A stretch of 63,570 nucleotides of DNA, filler included, from Octopus bimaculoides (lineage: Eukaryota): NCBI RefSeq assembly GCF_001194135.2. It is 6 parts of 5 records of this genome, joined end to end, with 100 filler letters (N's around TTAATTAATTAA, not from the genome) between each part and the next. Parts side by side here need not be neighbours in the genome. Positions count along the whole stretch, not along the records: positions 1 to 24,993 come from NC_068981.1; 5 more parts are not named here. The stretch is one strand, 5' to 3'. The notes under the pieces are model-generated. The model ran no database searches and was not told the origin of the DNA. It saw only the letters and a list, made by a program, of their open reading frames with translations. The position numbers were made by a program, and so were the translations under genes. This document shows, one piece after another, positions 1-13,952 of this stretch (position 1 is its first letter; every line of letters begins with the position of its first letter).

Positions 1-103
1 TTTTTTTTTTTTTTTTTTCCTTCCTTCCCCCTCCCAAAAAGAAAAGTTCTACATTGTATTTGTCCCATCTTCGTTGAGCCCTGTGTGGCTAATAAAAGAA
101 ATG

Positions 104-370
<267 letters not shown>

Positions 371-511
371 TCTAATGTATTTTAGAAACATGATTTGTAT
401 TTAATGCAGGTGAGAAACCAAGAAATATTTTAGTCAATATGAAAGTTATATATGGGTTTTGCAACAAACCTTTGCTTCAGAAAATTTTCGAACAATTAAT
501 ATTTCTTGTAG

Positions 512-682
512 GCGTACTTTGCTTGGAGATACAGGCATTAATAAGAGTTTGACTCAGTTTCACATTATTTTACGATCTCATGGCAAAGAACATGTGAACT
601 TTAGCAAATGTTTGGAGATAATCACCGAACATCTGATGAGGTGGACGTTTTCTGTGCCCACGAAACTTCAAGCAATGCGGTG
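512..682 (+). CDS. Candidate internal coding exon, protein unidentified (RTLLGDTGINKSLTQFHIILRSHGKEHVNFSKCLEIITEHLMRWTFSVPTKLQAMR)
   Basis: Acceptor atttcttgtAG at 511, donor TG|GTGAGT at 683. 171 nt, phase 2 to phase 2, and the only plus frame open throughout. No homology recognised. Confidence 0.35.
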
Positions 683-697
683 GTGAGTCAAACTGTG

Positions 698-742
<45 letters not shown>

Positions 743-2118
743 NNNNNNNNNNNNNNNNNNNNNNNNNNNNNNNNNNNNNNNNNNNNNNNNNNNNNNNNNN
801 NNNNNNNNNNNNNNNNNNNNNNNNNNNNNNNNNNNNNNNNNNNNNNNNNNNNNNNNNNNNNNNNNNNNNNNNNNNNNNNNNNNNNNNNNNNNNNNNNNNN
901 NNNNNNNNNNNNNNNNNNNNNNNNNNNNNNNNNNNNNNNNNNNNNNNNNNNNNNNNNNNNNNNNNNNNNNNNNNNNNNNNNNNNNNNNNNNNNNNNNNNN
1001 NNNNNNNNNNNNNNNNNNNNNNNNNNNNNNNNNNNNNNNNNNNNNNNNNNNNNNNNNNNNNNNNNNNNNNNNNNNNNNNNNNNNNNNNNNNNNNNNNNNN
1101 NNNNNNNNNNNNNNNNNNNNNNNNNNNNNNNNNNNNNNNNNNNNNNNNNNNNNNNNNNNNNNNNNNNNNNNNNNNNNNNNNNNNNNNNNNNNNNNNNNNN
1201 NNNNNNNNNNNNNNNNNNNNNNNNNNNNNNNNNNNNNNNNNNNNNNNNNNNNNNNNNNNNNNNNNNNNNNNNNNNNNNNNNNNNNNNNNNNNNNNNNNNN
1301 NNNNNNNNNNNNNNNNNNNNNNNNNNNNNNNNNNNNNNNNNNNNNNNNNNNNNNNNNNNNNNNNNNNNNNNNNNNNNNNNNNNNNNNGTTTCTATCATTA
1401 GACTGCTGCCATGCCACAAAATGGCGAAAAATCGATACCCATCGCTCCTGAATGGGACATAGGATGAGTTTTCTCGCCTGCCTATGACTTCAGGTGTTTT
1501 AACACCCGGCACTTTGAGAGAGTCATCACCACTGCATTAAAACGCAGCCTACCGGCGGGCAGGTTGGTGTTCGGCTTCTGAAAGCCGTGAAAGATAAACA
1601 GACCAGTGCACTGAGAATGAAATTGATAAAAAGAGCTACACGCACCACGACAGAAATTCTAAAAAAAAAAAGAAATGTTTTTTTCTTTCTCTCCACCTTT
1701 TTCTCTTTGTTCTCCACTTATTTTATTAAAACTCAACATCACTGAACTTTCAATAATGTACATTTGTTATGATCTTCACCAAACATTTACATTGATATTA
1801 CTATCTATCCCTGTGAAGCCCAATGAAATTTCTGTGAACATTTGACCACTTCATGGCTTAAACATGTTTGCTAATTTTTACCTCATAATTTTAAACTCTC
1901 CTAATCCCACCTTTTTTTTAAAATATGTACTTGTACCATTGATAAGCCCAAAATTGTCGCAACTAGTTTGGTATGTGAATAAATCTTTTTAAAAACGACT
2001 ATACGTATTTTAGATTCAGGTGCAAATTCTCCTATATTTTCTCCTAGGTGGGAATACACTTCTTCTTTCCATATATATGTACGTATATATATATATATAT
2101 ATATATATNNNNNNNNNN

Positions 2119-2226
2119 ATCAATTTCGTTAAAAATGGAGGAAACAAGTTGTTAAATTTTTTAAGAAGTTTAATTAAAAGTTATAGATTTTAACAACTTA
2201 TTTCCTCCATTTTTAACGGAATTGAT
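2119..2226. mobile_element. Small hairpin/MITE-like element with 38-bp inverted arms
   Basis: atcaatttcgttaaaaatggaggaaacaagttgttaaa pairs with tttaacaacttatttcctccatttttaacggaattgat with 2 mismatches. Confidence 0.7.
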
Positions 2227-3304
2227 GGGATTTATGGAACTTCATTTACGCCTGTAAATTCCCAGCAAAGTATGAAGAATCAACATTAGAAATCTTTTTT
2301 GGAAACCTCCAATTAAAGGACGAATCCACATTCAACCTTTATACACATACACACACATCATATATATATAAAACATGCAAAACGGAAAGACAAAATAGTT
2401 CCTGAATTGGAGATAATGTCGCCTGCAGGTTTGGATACACAAGTAAAGAAATTTAATCCATTGTTACTATCAACATATATTGGAAATCTTGTCATGATTT
2501 TTACAGAATTTCTCTTTTCAAACATTTTGCCATTTTTTTTTTCGAGATTTCTTTCATGGTTTAGAACTAAGATTCCAGGTTTAGTTATATATTCATAACA
2601 CGATGACAAACCGAATATTAAATATATTATAAATATTTTAGCACTTTGATTCAGTATGTAAAGACGAATTTTATTATTTTTAGTTGTTGTTTATTGTTTG
2701 TTTAGCCTATTTTGAAATTTTTACTTGAGAAGAAACAGAAAAGTATACAAGGATATCTTTAAAGAAGTTACTCTATTTTAGTGGTAAATTCTATGGATGT
2801 TGCTTAAGTCGATACAGTTATTATAAATTGCAAACTAGAGAGAAAATTTTAAAACCCGATTCTATATGTTCGGCATGCTGAATGAACAGATATACTTTTT
2901 GGAGAATATATACTCAGTCTGAAAATTTTAGTTTGATACTTGAGATAACAGAATGGTTCGTATGCAAGTTAGTGACCATCGAAGTGGTGTTTTTGACTGT
3001 ATATTCATATACAGTCTATAGAATTTGAACAGCTAGACATACACTTGAGAATTGATAAGGTAAAGGATTTTGGCTACATGGACAACATTTGTACATGCAT
3101 AAATTGTAGCAGTTAATACCGCTGCAAATACCGTATTTACTCGTGTATAATGCGATAAATTAAATACAATACCAATTAATTTTTAGGTACAAAACATGAC
3201 AGTCATATTATATTCCTGATCACATTGTACTCAAATGAAACTAACCTACACTAAAGATATCAAATGGATGAACACTGTCTATCAATGTTGGAGTCTTTTA
3301 TATA

Positions 3305-3470
3305 CAGTCTTTTAACTTTTATCTTTTGTTTCATTGAACTGCACTCATGCTGGGGGTATCGCACTGAAGGGATTTAGTCGAAAGAATCGATCTCAGTGAT
3401 TATTTTTAAGCCTGCTACTTATTCTATCGGCTTCTTTTGACAAATCGTTGATTACGGGGACGTAAACAAG
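3305..3470 (-). mobile_element. SINE family B, degenerate 3' fragment
   Basis: Matches the cagtcatttgactgcggccatgctgg...acttattctatcgg...ggggacgtaaac motif at 14866 and 41052. Confidence 0.6.
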
Positions 3471-3496
3471 TACACGCGCGCGCGCACACACACACT

Positions 3497-3528
<32 letters not shown>

Positions 3529-4316
3529 AACAAACAAACAAACAAACAAACAAACACACGTACACACATATGCACACACATACACACGCGCACACATATA
3601 TGGGGAGAGAGAGTGAGTCTAACCGTCAGATACCTCTCTCTATTCGATTACCGGATGCAAAGTTTTGATCAACTACATCTTCCAACATTATGAAGTAAAT
3701 CCGAAACCTCAGAAGCAGTTGTCGGACTCGTAACGCCTTCTCCCTTCTAATTCTTTGACTATATGTAATCTCAGTAAGTTTGCTCAATAAAAAAAATATA
3801 TTTATTTATACTTGATTGTTTATCATCTGAAAATTTTGAGTCTGCCTTCTCTTTTTACATGTATACATGTATATATATTTTGTACATTAAAACCCAAGGT
3901 TTTATCCGTTTATTTGAATCATTGTCTCCGTATCTGCTCACTTAGATTCCGCTTACAGCTCTTTACCCTGCTTATTTGGTCCTCGATGAAGATATCGGAG
4001 TGTAAGTTCAAATCATTTGAGAGCTACAAAGTGTTTTCTATATTCAGGCTCTCTCGATCTCCTTTGTTAACTCTCTCCATCTCCTTATATATATNNNNNN
4101 NNNNNNNNNNNNNNNNNNNNNNNNNNNNNNNNNNNNNNNNNNNNNNNNNNNNNNNNNNNNNNNNNNNNNNNNNNNNNNNNNNNNNNNNNNNNNNNNNNNN
4201 NNNNNNNNNNNNNNNNNNNNNNNNNNNNNNNNNNNNNNNNNNNNNNNNNNNNNNNNNNNNNNNNNNNNNNNNNNNNNNNNNNNNNNNNNNNNNNNNNNNN
4301 NNNNNNNNNNNNNNNG

Positions 4317-4564
4317 TGCGTGCGTGTGTGTGTGTGTGTGGAGACGCATGGCTTAGTGATTTAAAAACTGCTTTAGAATTTAGGATATATTCCAAGTATT
4401 CAATGACTTAAATAGGCCATCCGAAGTAATATTCTCGATATCTGAATTAGTGCATATTTGGCACCCTATTCATCAGCTTGATTTGATATACAGTTATTTT
4501 ATTAAATAGTCTACTTTCTATATCCATCTGGTTGATATATGTATTTTGTGTGTGTGTGTGTGTG

Positions 4565-4602
<38 letters not shown>

Positions 4603-4748
4603 CGTGTGTGTGTGTGTGTGGAGACGCATGGCTTAGTGATTTAAAAACTGCTTTAGAATTTAGGATATATTCCAAATATTCGATGACTTAAGTAGGCCAT
4701 CCGAAGTAATATTCTTGATATCTGAATGGCTGCATATTTGGCACCCTA
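4317..4748 (+). repeat. About 150-bp direct duplication (4317-4468 and about 4597-4748)
   Basis: ggagacgcatggcttagtgatttaaaaactgc...gcatatttggcacccta occurs twice with a few substitutions. Confidence 0.85.
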
Positions 4749-5280
4749 GTTATGTAAGTTGATCCTCTAAGTTTAAGGTACCAACCCCATAATGTAGACG
4801 CATGTAACAACCTTGTTTAAGAATATCCCTTCTAAGCCATTCGTTCTCTTAGTATTCTAACAGCTGTATTTCTCCAAGCCATTTCCTTACTGCACAATAT
4901 AAATATTGATTACTTTTATTGGAGATGAAATAGAAAATACAACTAAAGACAAAATATGTTATAGATTTGTTCAGAAAGCAATTATATGTCATTTCTATTA
5001 AATTTCCACTTCAATTCCACTAAATATTTCATTTCATAAATTTTTAAAATAGTACATCACTCAACTGTCTTTTAAATATCTACTTAAGCTGATTATCTTC
5101 AATTTTTCTCTGTTCATTTAGTTGTATTGCATGAATAATTTTAGTTAGGAAGCAGAGATTTGGACAAGTGATTAAGAGAAAAGAAAGTTGCTTCAGGTTA
5201 GCGTTATTCTGAATTAATAAGACCTATCGACATTCTAGTAGCGTCATTAATCATGTCTCATTATTACCTACACTATTAAG

Positions 5281-5670
5281 GAGGTGAGCTGGCAGAATCA
5301 TTAGAGCGTTGGAAACAGTACCTTGCAGTGTTTGTTACATCACTTTATGTCCCGAGTTCAAATCATGCCGAGACTATATTTGTCCTGCATTCTTCCAGGA
5401 TCAATGAAATGAAGTACTAGTTAAATACTTAGGTCGATGGAATCGGTTAATCTTTTTACCCTTTAGGCATAGTATAAGGTGGTTAGATTGGCAAAAATGT
5501 TAGAGCATAAGGGAAAAAAAATCCGTGCAATATTTGTTCCATCTCTTTATGAATTAGGTTCAAATCCGACCATGGTCATCGTTGCTTTTTAGACATTCGA
5601 AGTCAATTTAATCGGACAAACTCCTTTCCGTCAAAACTGCTGGCCTTGTACCTGAATTGGAAACAGTTAC
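5281..5670 (+). mobile_element. Two adjacent degenerate SINE family A copies
   Basis: Heads gaggtgagctggcagaatcattag (5281) and ggttagattggcaaaaatgttag (about 5480), each with a gttcaaatc B-box-like motif. Confidence 0.65.
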
Positions 5671-7485
5671 TGTCTACATTGTTAGTTTGCTGCCATGGCG
5701 TTCATGCGTTCGAGTATTCCACTTTGTAGCTCTCAACTTGGAACGAAATCATAGCGAAATTTTCAACATCAAGAAATAAGTTCGATTTTGACAGTATCAA
5801 TAGCGTAAATTAAGGGGTAAAATCGAAGACATAACCGATGCTATTTTTCAGATAACGTAATCCTGCCCCACAAATCATAAATTCATGCATCAAATTCGAA
5901 ATAAAATTTATGAAACGTAGAATTTCAAAGATACTTTATATCAATGTAGCGAGAGTAGATGTGTAAGAGATAAGCCGGTGGCAAATTGATTTCAAGTTGA
6001 AAGAAAGCCAATCTAATTTATATAGAAATGAGAAATGAAAGTCATACAGCTTTATTCTTACCTCTGTAAATTTATGGCTTTGTATTTAATGATGACATAT
6101 TTATTAACCTAAAAAGTAACCAGGCTCTTAGTGATGCCAGTCGACTATCATATTGAAATTTTCATTCAGAACTTTATCTCAAATCATTCCACTTAAATTA
6201 ACATCGTTTTCCTGCGTTACGTCTAAAATGTATGCATAAATGTATTACGGCATTCCGAATATGATACCAGCTTCCCAGTATGAGATAGTTTTAGAGTTAT
6301 GCGACATGGTATTTATACTGACATACAACACACACACACACACGCACACATCCTTAGGCACACATACATGATGGGCTTCGGAAACTATCTATCTATCTAT
6401 CTATCTATGTGTGTGTGTGCGTGAGTATATAAACATATATATATGTACAGCTATTAACTGTTTTAATAATATTAATGATAAAAATAATCCAATTTGACAT
6501 TGAAAGATGTCCCTTTATCTCTAAATCTCTCTTCATTTGTGTTCTAGAATTTACCAGAATATATAACTCTGTAAAAGACAATGTGTTTTTCTGATCTGCC
6601 ATTACACTCCAAGGGCCTGTTCCTTTCTTTCTCTCTTTTAATACTTTTATTCCTTTCCAGCCTTCATCACCTTCACAGCTTTTTTTCCCCAAGGATAAAT
6701 TATTGCACTCGACAAAAAGAGGTGTTTACAATTACTCTTTTGAGACCCACAAAAATCCCCTATATGTCTTCGGAGCAGCAGTAGTAAGTCATTTCCTACA
6801 TATTTCTCGCTGATTTATAAGGAACTGAGGCTTTGGTGGTGTACTTTCCTTTGAAACACAGCTCTTCTAAGCTGACTTTTCTCGCCAGATAATTCATATC
6901 CATAGACGGTTTACTGGAGATAGCTCCAAGGAAAAGAAGACAACCTGGAAACACTTTTTCCTGTTTCTCAGTTGGAAGCTTTTACTCGTTCCTTCGCTTG
7001 GTGAATCTCGCACTCGTGTTTGCGTGTGTGCATGGCTGCTGTCGTTAATTTTGTTTATACTTTGCAAATTTGAGTTTTTAGATGTTTAACGATAATTGTT
7101 TCAATTTGAGATTGTATCTATTTTATTGTCATTTTCCCCGTTTATCTATTAAATTCTGTTTATCTTATAAAATTCGTTTTTATGTGCTCGAAGATTAAAT
7201 GACAGTTTTATTTCAAATGGCTGTATCCAATGTTTCTTCCTTTCTGTTATTAACTCTTACTGCTTCTCTGCTGAGGAAACCATAGGGAAATAATTGTAAA
7301 TACGATAAAGTTACGGAAAAAATTAACATGATAGTTTAAAATAAACATCCTGTCTACCCCAGGTATTGAGATAGACGTATAACCAGTCCAACAATTAAAT
7401 AATCCAAAGAGTAATAATTTTCAACTTCTAAAACTGATTGATAATCCACCAATTCTAGAATGATTTATAACACCTCTGTATACGA

Positions 7486-7534
<49 letters not shown>

Positions 7535-7535
<1 letters not shown>

Positions 7536-7775
7536 AATAATCTTTTCTACTCCAGGCACAAGGCCCGAAATTTATGGGGGGGGGGGGNNNNNNNNNNNNN
7601 NNNNNNNNNNNNNNNNNNNNNNNNNNNNNNNNNNNNNNNNNNNNNNNNNNNNNNTTAATTTATCAACCCCGAAAGGATGAAAGGCAAAGTCGACCTCCAC
7701 GAAATTTGAACTCAGAGCGTAAAGTCGAACGAAATGCCGTTAAGCGTTTTTTTCCGGAATGCAAACCATTCCCTC
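7535..7775 (-). mobile_element. SINE family A spanning a gap, between (ATG)n and (TAA)n microsatellites
   Basis: tttatcaaccccgaaaggatgaaaggcaaagtcgacctc...atttgaactcag is the reverse complement of the family A core. Confidence 0.75.
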
Positions 7776-7784
7776 AGCTCGCAG

Positions 7785-7841
<57 letters not shown>

Positions 7842-8227
7842 TGAGGATTATTGTGTTTTCTTTATTCATCACTAAAGGTTCACAAAAAAACCCACTGGGT
7901 TTGGGGTTACATAAATAAAAGCGTGTAAACAGTGGAAACAATAACAAAATGAATTTTAGCAACGAAAATTTCCTCAAAAGAGGAAGATTTTCGATGGTTG
8001 TTCGTAGAGATCCCACAAAACTACGGTCACTCTGACCACTTGGCAACTGCGCTCTTCCCATTGTCTTGCGTCAACCTACAGGAGTAGGGCCATTCATTTA
8101 CAGCATTCACCCACTTTTCAATAAAATTGCTGGGAGACAACACATCACTTTCGTACCCTCACTTTCCTTTTCAAGTGAAACTCGAAAAAAGTTGATGAGG
8201 ACTTGGCTAAAAAGGAAAGTATCTGCC

Positions 8228-8357
8228 TTCAGCCTGGTCTTTCAACCTGGTCTTTCAACCTGGTCTTTCAACCTGGTCTTTCAACCTGGTCTTTCAACCT
8301 GGTCTTTCAACCTGGTCTTTCAACCTGGTCTTTCAACCTGGTCTTTCAATCTGGTCT
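8228..8357. repeat. 13-bp minisatellite (CCTGGTCTTTCAA)x9 plus partial flanks
   Basis: Nine perfect units at 8233-8349. Confidence 0.95.
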
Positions 8358-8394
8358 GCCCACAACCTCTTTCTCTGAGGCCATCAAACAAATA

Positions 8395-9236
8395 CGGGGA
8401 GTGTTCAAAAAGTATCCGAGTTTTTTCCCCCGCCAAAACTAATGTCTTATGGACAAAATCCTTTGGGTACGAGGTGACGCTACCCTTCTCGCGCATGCGT
8501 GAAAATTTTTGCGGCGATATGCCGTGTCAGTTCCCGGCAGTTACGACTAGAGTACAGACGTGTAGGCTGCGCTCGTCGGATTTTCGTTTTTACCAAAAGC
8601 ATCAATCAGAGATATTGCATTAAGTTTTGTCAAAAGCTTGGTTATTTTCAAGCTCAAACGATCCAGATGGTTCAACAGGCTTCTAGTGGTGATGCCATGG
8701 GAAAACTCAGATCAGTGGTTGGGACAACCGCTTCAGACATGGCTGCACCACAGTGGAGAGTGCGACAACTTTAGGCTGGGATTCACAAACCGAAACGAGG
8801 AGCCCACTGAGAATAACCATCCCAGAAATTGCTCACGGAGTGTGAATAAGCACAGGAGCAGTGCATTCCATTTTAATGAAGGATTTGTGAATGCAGAGAG
8901 TGTCGGCGAAATTCATCCCCAAGGTGTTGGCGAAGCAGCACAGGCAACTCCGCATAGAAATCGCGCAGGACAAGCTGGACTGTGCAAACCACGACCCAAA
9001 CTTCATGAGGACCATCATCACTGGTGACAAGACAAGAGTTTATGGTCTTTGCTCGATGCATTCCGTCATATTGCGTGAAAACGAAAATCCGACGGGCGTG
9101 CACTACACCTTCGTACTCTAGGCGTAACATCCGGTAACTGACGCATCTGCCGCCGCAAAAATGTGCACGCATACGCGGGAAGGATGGCATCACCTCCCAT
9201 GCAAAGGATTTTGCCCACGCGGAATTAGTTTTGACG
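8395..9236 (+). mobile_element. Internally deleted mariner element with about 170-200 bp inverted termini
   Basis: TA-flanked left end cggggagtgttcaaaaagtatc. Transposase remnants QRYCIKFCQKLG and QRVSAKFIPKVL...FMRTIITGDKTRVYG. 9065-9236 is the reverse complement of 8430-8605. Confidence 0.85.
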
Positions 9237-9999
9237 CGCATCTCGTAAACACTGCTTGCCCTTCGCAGCTAAAGGAAGGTGGCAGGACGATTTTCAGTAT
9301 GGACTCAGCTGATAGCCAGACCTACATTTGTAGATAATAGTTTTTTTTCTAGAAACTTCTTGTATTTCTTCTGGCGTGCTTAGAAATACTATTCTGCTAT
9401 TCTTTGTTAATAGCACTTTGGAGTCAACGTTTTATTTTTCCTGACACGTCGATTTTCTCCAGTCGATTTTCTCCGTTCTCATTACATTTATAAATAAGAA
9501 CAGTCAGTTTCCATTGTAGTAATGTTTGTGTTGGTAGTGGTGGTGGTGGTGGTAGTAGCGGAGTCGGTGTTGGTGTTGGGAACGATGGTGGAAGATGTGC
9601 GTGTGTGATTTTAAATCTCATCTTGCTCGTCATTATTGCTTCTGCTTCTGGTGTTGATGTCTGTGATTTTTTTGTCTTGTCTATATGGTCGAAAAATAAT
9701 GCCAAAATGGCTGTTCCAACCGCCAGCATTGCCCTCGATCTGGGAAGCGATATTGCTATTTTTGTTCTGAAATATTGGCTTTCAAATTGTATATCTCAAA
9801 ATTCGCCCTTTACGCCCTTAAAGAGTTAATTTTTCAGCAAACCAGCACGCTGTAAGCAAAGCGAGCTGGCTTATCTAGTAAGCAAGCAAAGCGAGCTGGC
9901 TTTTCTAGTAAGCAATCCAACAAAAATTCGAATACCAAATAACAAATTTCAAAGAAAACTTGCGAGCCACGAACAAGCGCACCCTCTTTCCAAACACAA

Positions 10000-10190
10000 C
10001 GGCACAATGTTTGAAATTTGGGTGAAGGGGACTAGTCGATTGCTTCGACCCCAGTGTTTCACTGGTACTTAATTTATCGACTCGGAAAGAATAAAAGGCA
10101 AAGTCGATCTCGGTGGAATTTGAACGTAAAAACAGACGAAATGCCGTTAAGCATTTTGCCCGGCATGATAACGATTCCGCCAGCTTGAAG
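10000..10190 (-). mobile_element. SINE family A
   Basis: ctggtacttaatttatcgac...ggcaaagtcgatctcggtggaatttgaac...attccgccagct. Confidence 0.8.
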
Positions 10191-11115
10191 TCTTGATAAC
10201 AATGATAAGAAGAAGAAAAATAAGTAGAATGTTGATATAAAATACGCATATGTAACCACATACCAATGCAAATATGATCATGCAAAAAAAAAAAAAAGAA
10301 AATTGTTAATCGTTTTAGCCGATTCTGTTTATAGATGCAAGCGTTTTCAACCTGGATTTAATATAATGTAAGAATGTATTTGAATTTAACGATGTGTTAT
10401 CAATTGAACTTTTAAATACCGTGGATATATTTTACGATGTCTATACGTCAGTTAAAGATATAGATAAAACGAACTAAGAAAAAATTTGTATTTTAAATTA
10501 TAGTAGATTACCTAGTCATAAAGTTGAAAATTCCTTCGTATTTTACATGAACTTACAGATTTTTTTTAGAAATTTAGGCTCAAGAATCGAGGTGAGTTTT
10601 AGAGAGAGTACTATATTATACATAGGCATTTACGATAATTTAAACTATTTTCAAATACACAAGTATAACTAAACACAGCTACACACAACATATTTTACAA
10701 TGGTTGGTTTCAAGCTTTCAGAGACTCCACCTTCTTTGTCATCTATCCCTCCCCGTTTACGTCAAGAAACAATCATAGTTACTGACGTGTTGTACAAGGT
10801 TCTGTGAGAAATCATAACCATATTACTTTCTTTTTATGCAAGAGCCTTGACTTGCGACATGAATTACTTATCAGATACTGGGAATGGAATTATTTAGAAA
10901 TTCAATAATTCCGAGACGCCATCATGATGCTAGAGATAAGTGGCTTGCAGGATATTTAATGCAAGCTGCATTAAGAAGCTAAAAGTAAATAAAATATATT
11001 GCAAGAAAAAAATGTTAGTCGATGGGTTTTAGGTTCTCTTATTTTTCCAAAAAAATTTCCTGCCATTAACTACTACTTCAGCAAGTCACAAAGAGGCTAT
11101 ACATCGCTGATGGAA

Positions 11116-11146
<31 letters not shown>

Positions 11147-11623
11147 AAAACTCACCTGCAAGAAATAGGAAATAATCTTTCCTCAGACGACTCATCTTAG
11201 AGAAAAACTTCGTCTGGCAAAAACTTCGTACTGCATTTACAAAAAGTTGGCTGGTTGGAATGTCTGCATTTACAAGAACATGACTGGTTGAATTTTCACA
11301 AATCTACTTAACCAGGATTGACCCGGGACAAAACAACAACAATAATAAAACTAAGCAACCTGTATTAATACTAGCTGAAAAACGAGAAACAGTATTAGTC
11401 ACCAACTGATACTTTTGCCTGAACGCATATTTAGAAAATTGTTACAACTTTGTAATGTTCGCTGTATTATATATGCTGTGATACACTTACTGGGGGACAT
11501 TTAGGCGTTCTTTAACACTCGGCATCATGAAGGGAGCTTTCCCCGAATGCAATCCGGCAGTAAATTCGGTGTATAAAGAAAACACATGCCCCTTATATGT
11601 GCGACTGATGATATTTACATATA

Positions 11624-11810
11624 TAAAGTGCGTTCAAAAAGTATCAGACTTTACTTTTTACCGCCAAAACTTAAGCAGTGTGGGCAAAATCTTTTCGGTG
11701 GAAGATGACGCCACCCTTTTTGCGTGAAAATTTTTGTGCTAGTAGACTGCGTCAGTTCCTGACTGTTACGCCTAGAATGCAGACGTATAGCTCACGGGAG
11801 GGTCGGCTAA
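11624..11810 (+). mobile_element. Solo terminal arm of the long-TIR mariner family seen at 8395
   Basis: gcgttcaaaaagtatcag...ccgccaaaact...gcgtgaaaatttttg...gttacgcctaga aligns with 8400-8580. Confidence 0.75.
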
Positions 11811-11858
11811 GATCCTCCAGATCAAACTATTATAATAAAACACCTATCTCTTACGTAG

Positions 11859-11933
<75 letters not shown>

Positions 11934-12106
11934 AAGGGGAAGGTTGTATCCAGGCATATCTGCTTATAAGCATATATGTACTTATTATTTAGTCTTAAAC
12001 ATACTCGCAGCGTAATAGCAATAAATCATTTTTTAAAAATCAATTAACTGAACACTCGCAGATTTCGAAAGTGAAACTATTATTTATTCCAGTCACAGAG
12101 AGAGAA

Positions 12107-12148
<42 letters not shown>

Positions 12149-13823
12149 AGGGGGAGAGAGAGATATAAACACATTTTTCTTTCTCCCTCTAAATTACTCG
12201 CACATATGTGAATTCATATCTATCTATATATATATATATATAAATAAATATACGTACATACATACACATATATACATGTATACATGCATACATACGTGCA
12301 TATNNNNNNNNNNNNNNNNNNNNNNNNNNNNNNNNNNAATTTACTTGTTTGCGAGCAATTTAGACATATTCACACATACACACACATACGCACACACATC
12401 CAAGACACCTCTATCTTAATGGCTAGAAGCATGTGCATACTGAAGTATTATTGTAATGTTCTGTCGTATCGACAGCTGCTGAAACGGATAAGTCTTTTGA
12501 GAACGACGCATTCTTTACAAGGTGTTCACATATCTATTAAAAAGTATCGCTATTCATCTGAAGGATTTGTATATCCACAAACACTTATCATGCTAAGTAA
12601 GATACTGTGTTCGCTATTAAAATTCCATATAATAGGAATATATCTCCCGAAAGAGAAATACTCGAATAATTGCATGCGTACAAATATGGCAATATCTGTG
12701 ACCATCATATGAAAAAAATATTATAGAAGTTGTATGAGTGGGTTTTTATTTTTCACGAACAAATACATGTATGAAGATAATAAAATGACAATTAAATGCT
12801 ATACGCTCCAGCAAATAGGGGTGCCTCTACGTGGTAGATCAAGCTACTTGAAATAACAGCTAATTCGCTCCCAACCCCCAAACCACTGTGTGGGCAAAGA
12901 AAGTCTGGATGTTCATAGTCTTAAGGTCTTTGATCACAAGTTCGATACATCGGAGTTAGCTTTGTGGCTAAACGACAATAACAACTCGTATTAGTACCTA
13001 TACTGTAGATTAAGGTCGCGTTTAGGAATGATGTTCATACATCTATGAGTTCTGCAGATTTCATATGTGTTAAGTCTCTGCATTTGACCTAGAAAAGTAT
13101 AACTTTTGAAATAGGGAGAGAAATAATGCATCTTTTTGATGAGCTAACAGTCTACTTTTCTCAGTATTGGCATCGTTATATAACATAATAGATGCCGACG
13201 TAATACTAGAAATGGAATAAATGCATACAATATTTATTTCCGTCAGTTTACATTTCCAGTTCAAATTTTAATGAGGTTGGCTTTACATTTCATTCTGATG
13301 GTGTTGATCGATTAAATAAACGCTTTTCAAGTGCTGCAGTCGATTCAACGAATAATATTCCACTTTAGAAAATGGAAACTTGTAACAATATCGGAAATCA
13401 TTTGAAGAGACCTGACACTTTATAATTCCTTTTACCTCACGATATTTGAATATTATCTGCTCTTTAACCTCTGTTGAAGTGACATTTTCGGACCTGAACT
13501 ATGAACACACTCTAGTTTAATTTCGAGAAATTGATAAATAGTGATTTGTAATCTAAAATTCCTTTAGATAAAACTCTGATCAAATTTTCGAATGATACAT
13601 ATGTACTTCGTGTTATTTACTTAGAAATACAATTATTCATATATCCAATATTAATACTGTTTATCAATTGCATTGTGTGGGATACAATAACGAACAAAAG
13701 CAGCTGTTTGCGTTCATGTAAGGCTTCTATCTTGTTTTCTTTTTATATGACAAACATATATCAAGATTTACATATTTCTAACTCATGTTTGTATTGATTA
13801 CTTTTATGTTTTTGCAGTAATAG

Positions 13824-13854
<31 letters not shown>

Positions 13855-13910
13855 TGTATGTATGTATATATGTATGTATGTATATATGTATATATATATA
13901 TATATGTATG

Positions 13911-13952
<42 letters not shown>

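Noticed and set aside
2230-2640. Possible second Penelope GIY-YIG remnant on the minus strand (SCYEYI..KNGKMFE..IYV)
   Set aside because: Too degraded to support without an alignment.
9424-9775. Minus-strand ORF with a hydrophobic stretch and a Pro-rich tail
   Set aside because: The Pro run comes from a (GGT)n repeat, and there is no recognisable domain or linked exon.
11155-11195. Minus-strand MSRLRKDYFLFLA followed by a GTGAGT donor, like a signal-peptide exon
   Set aside because: The nearest phase-1 acceptors tested all hit stops.
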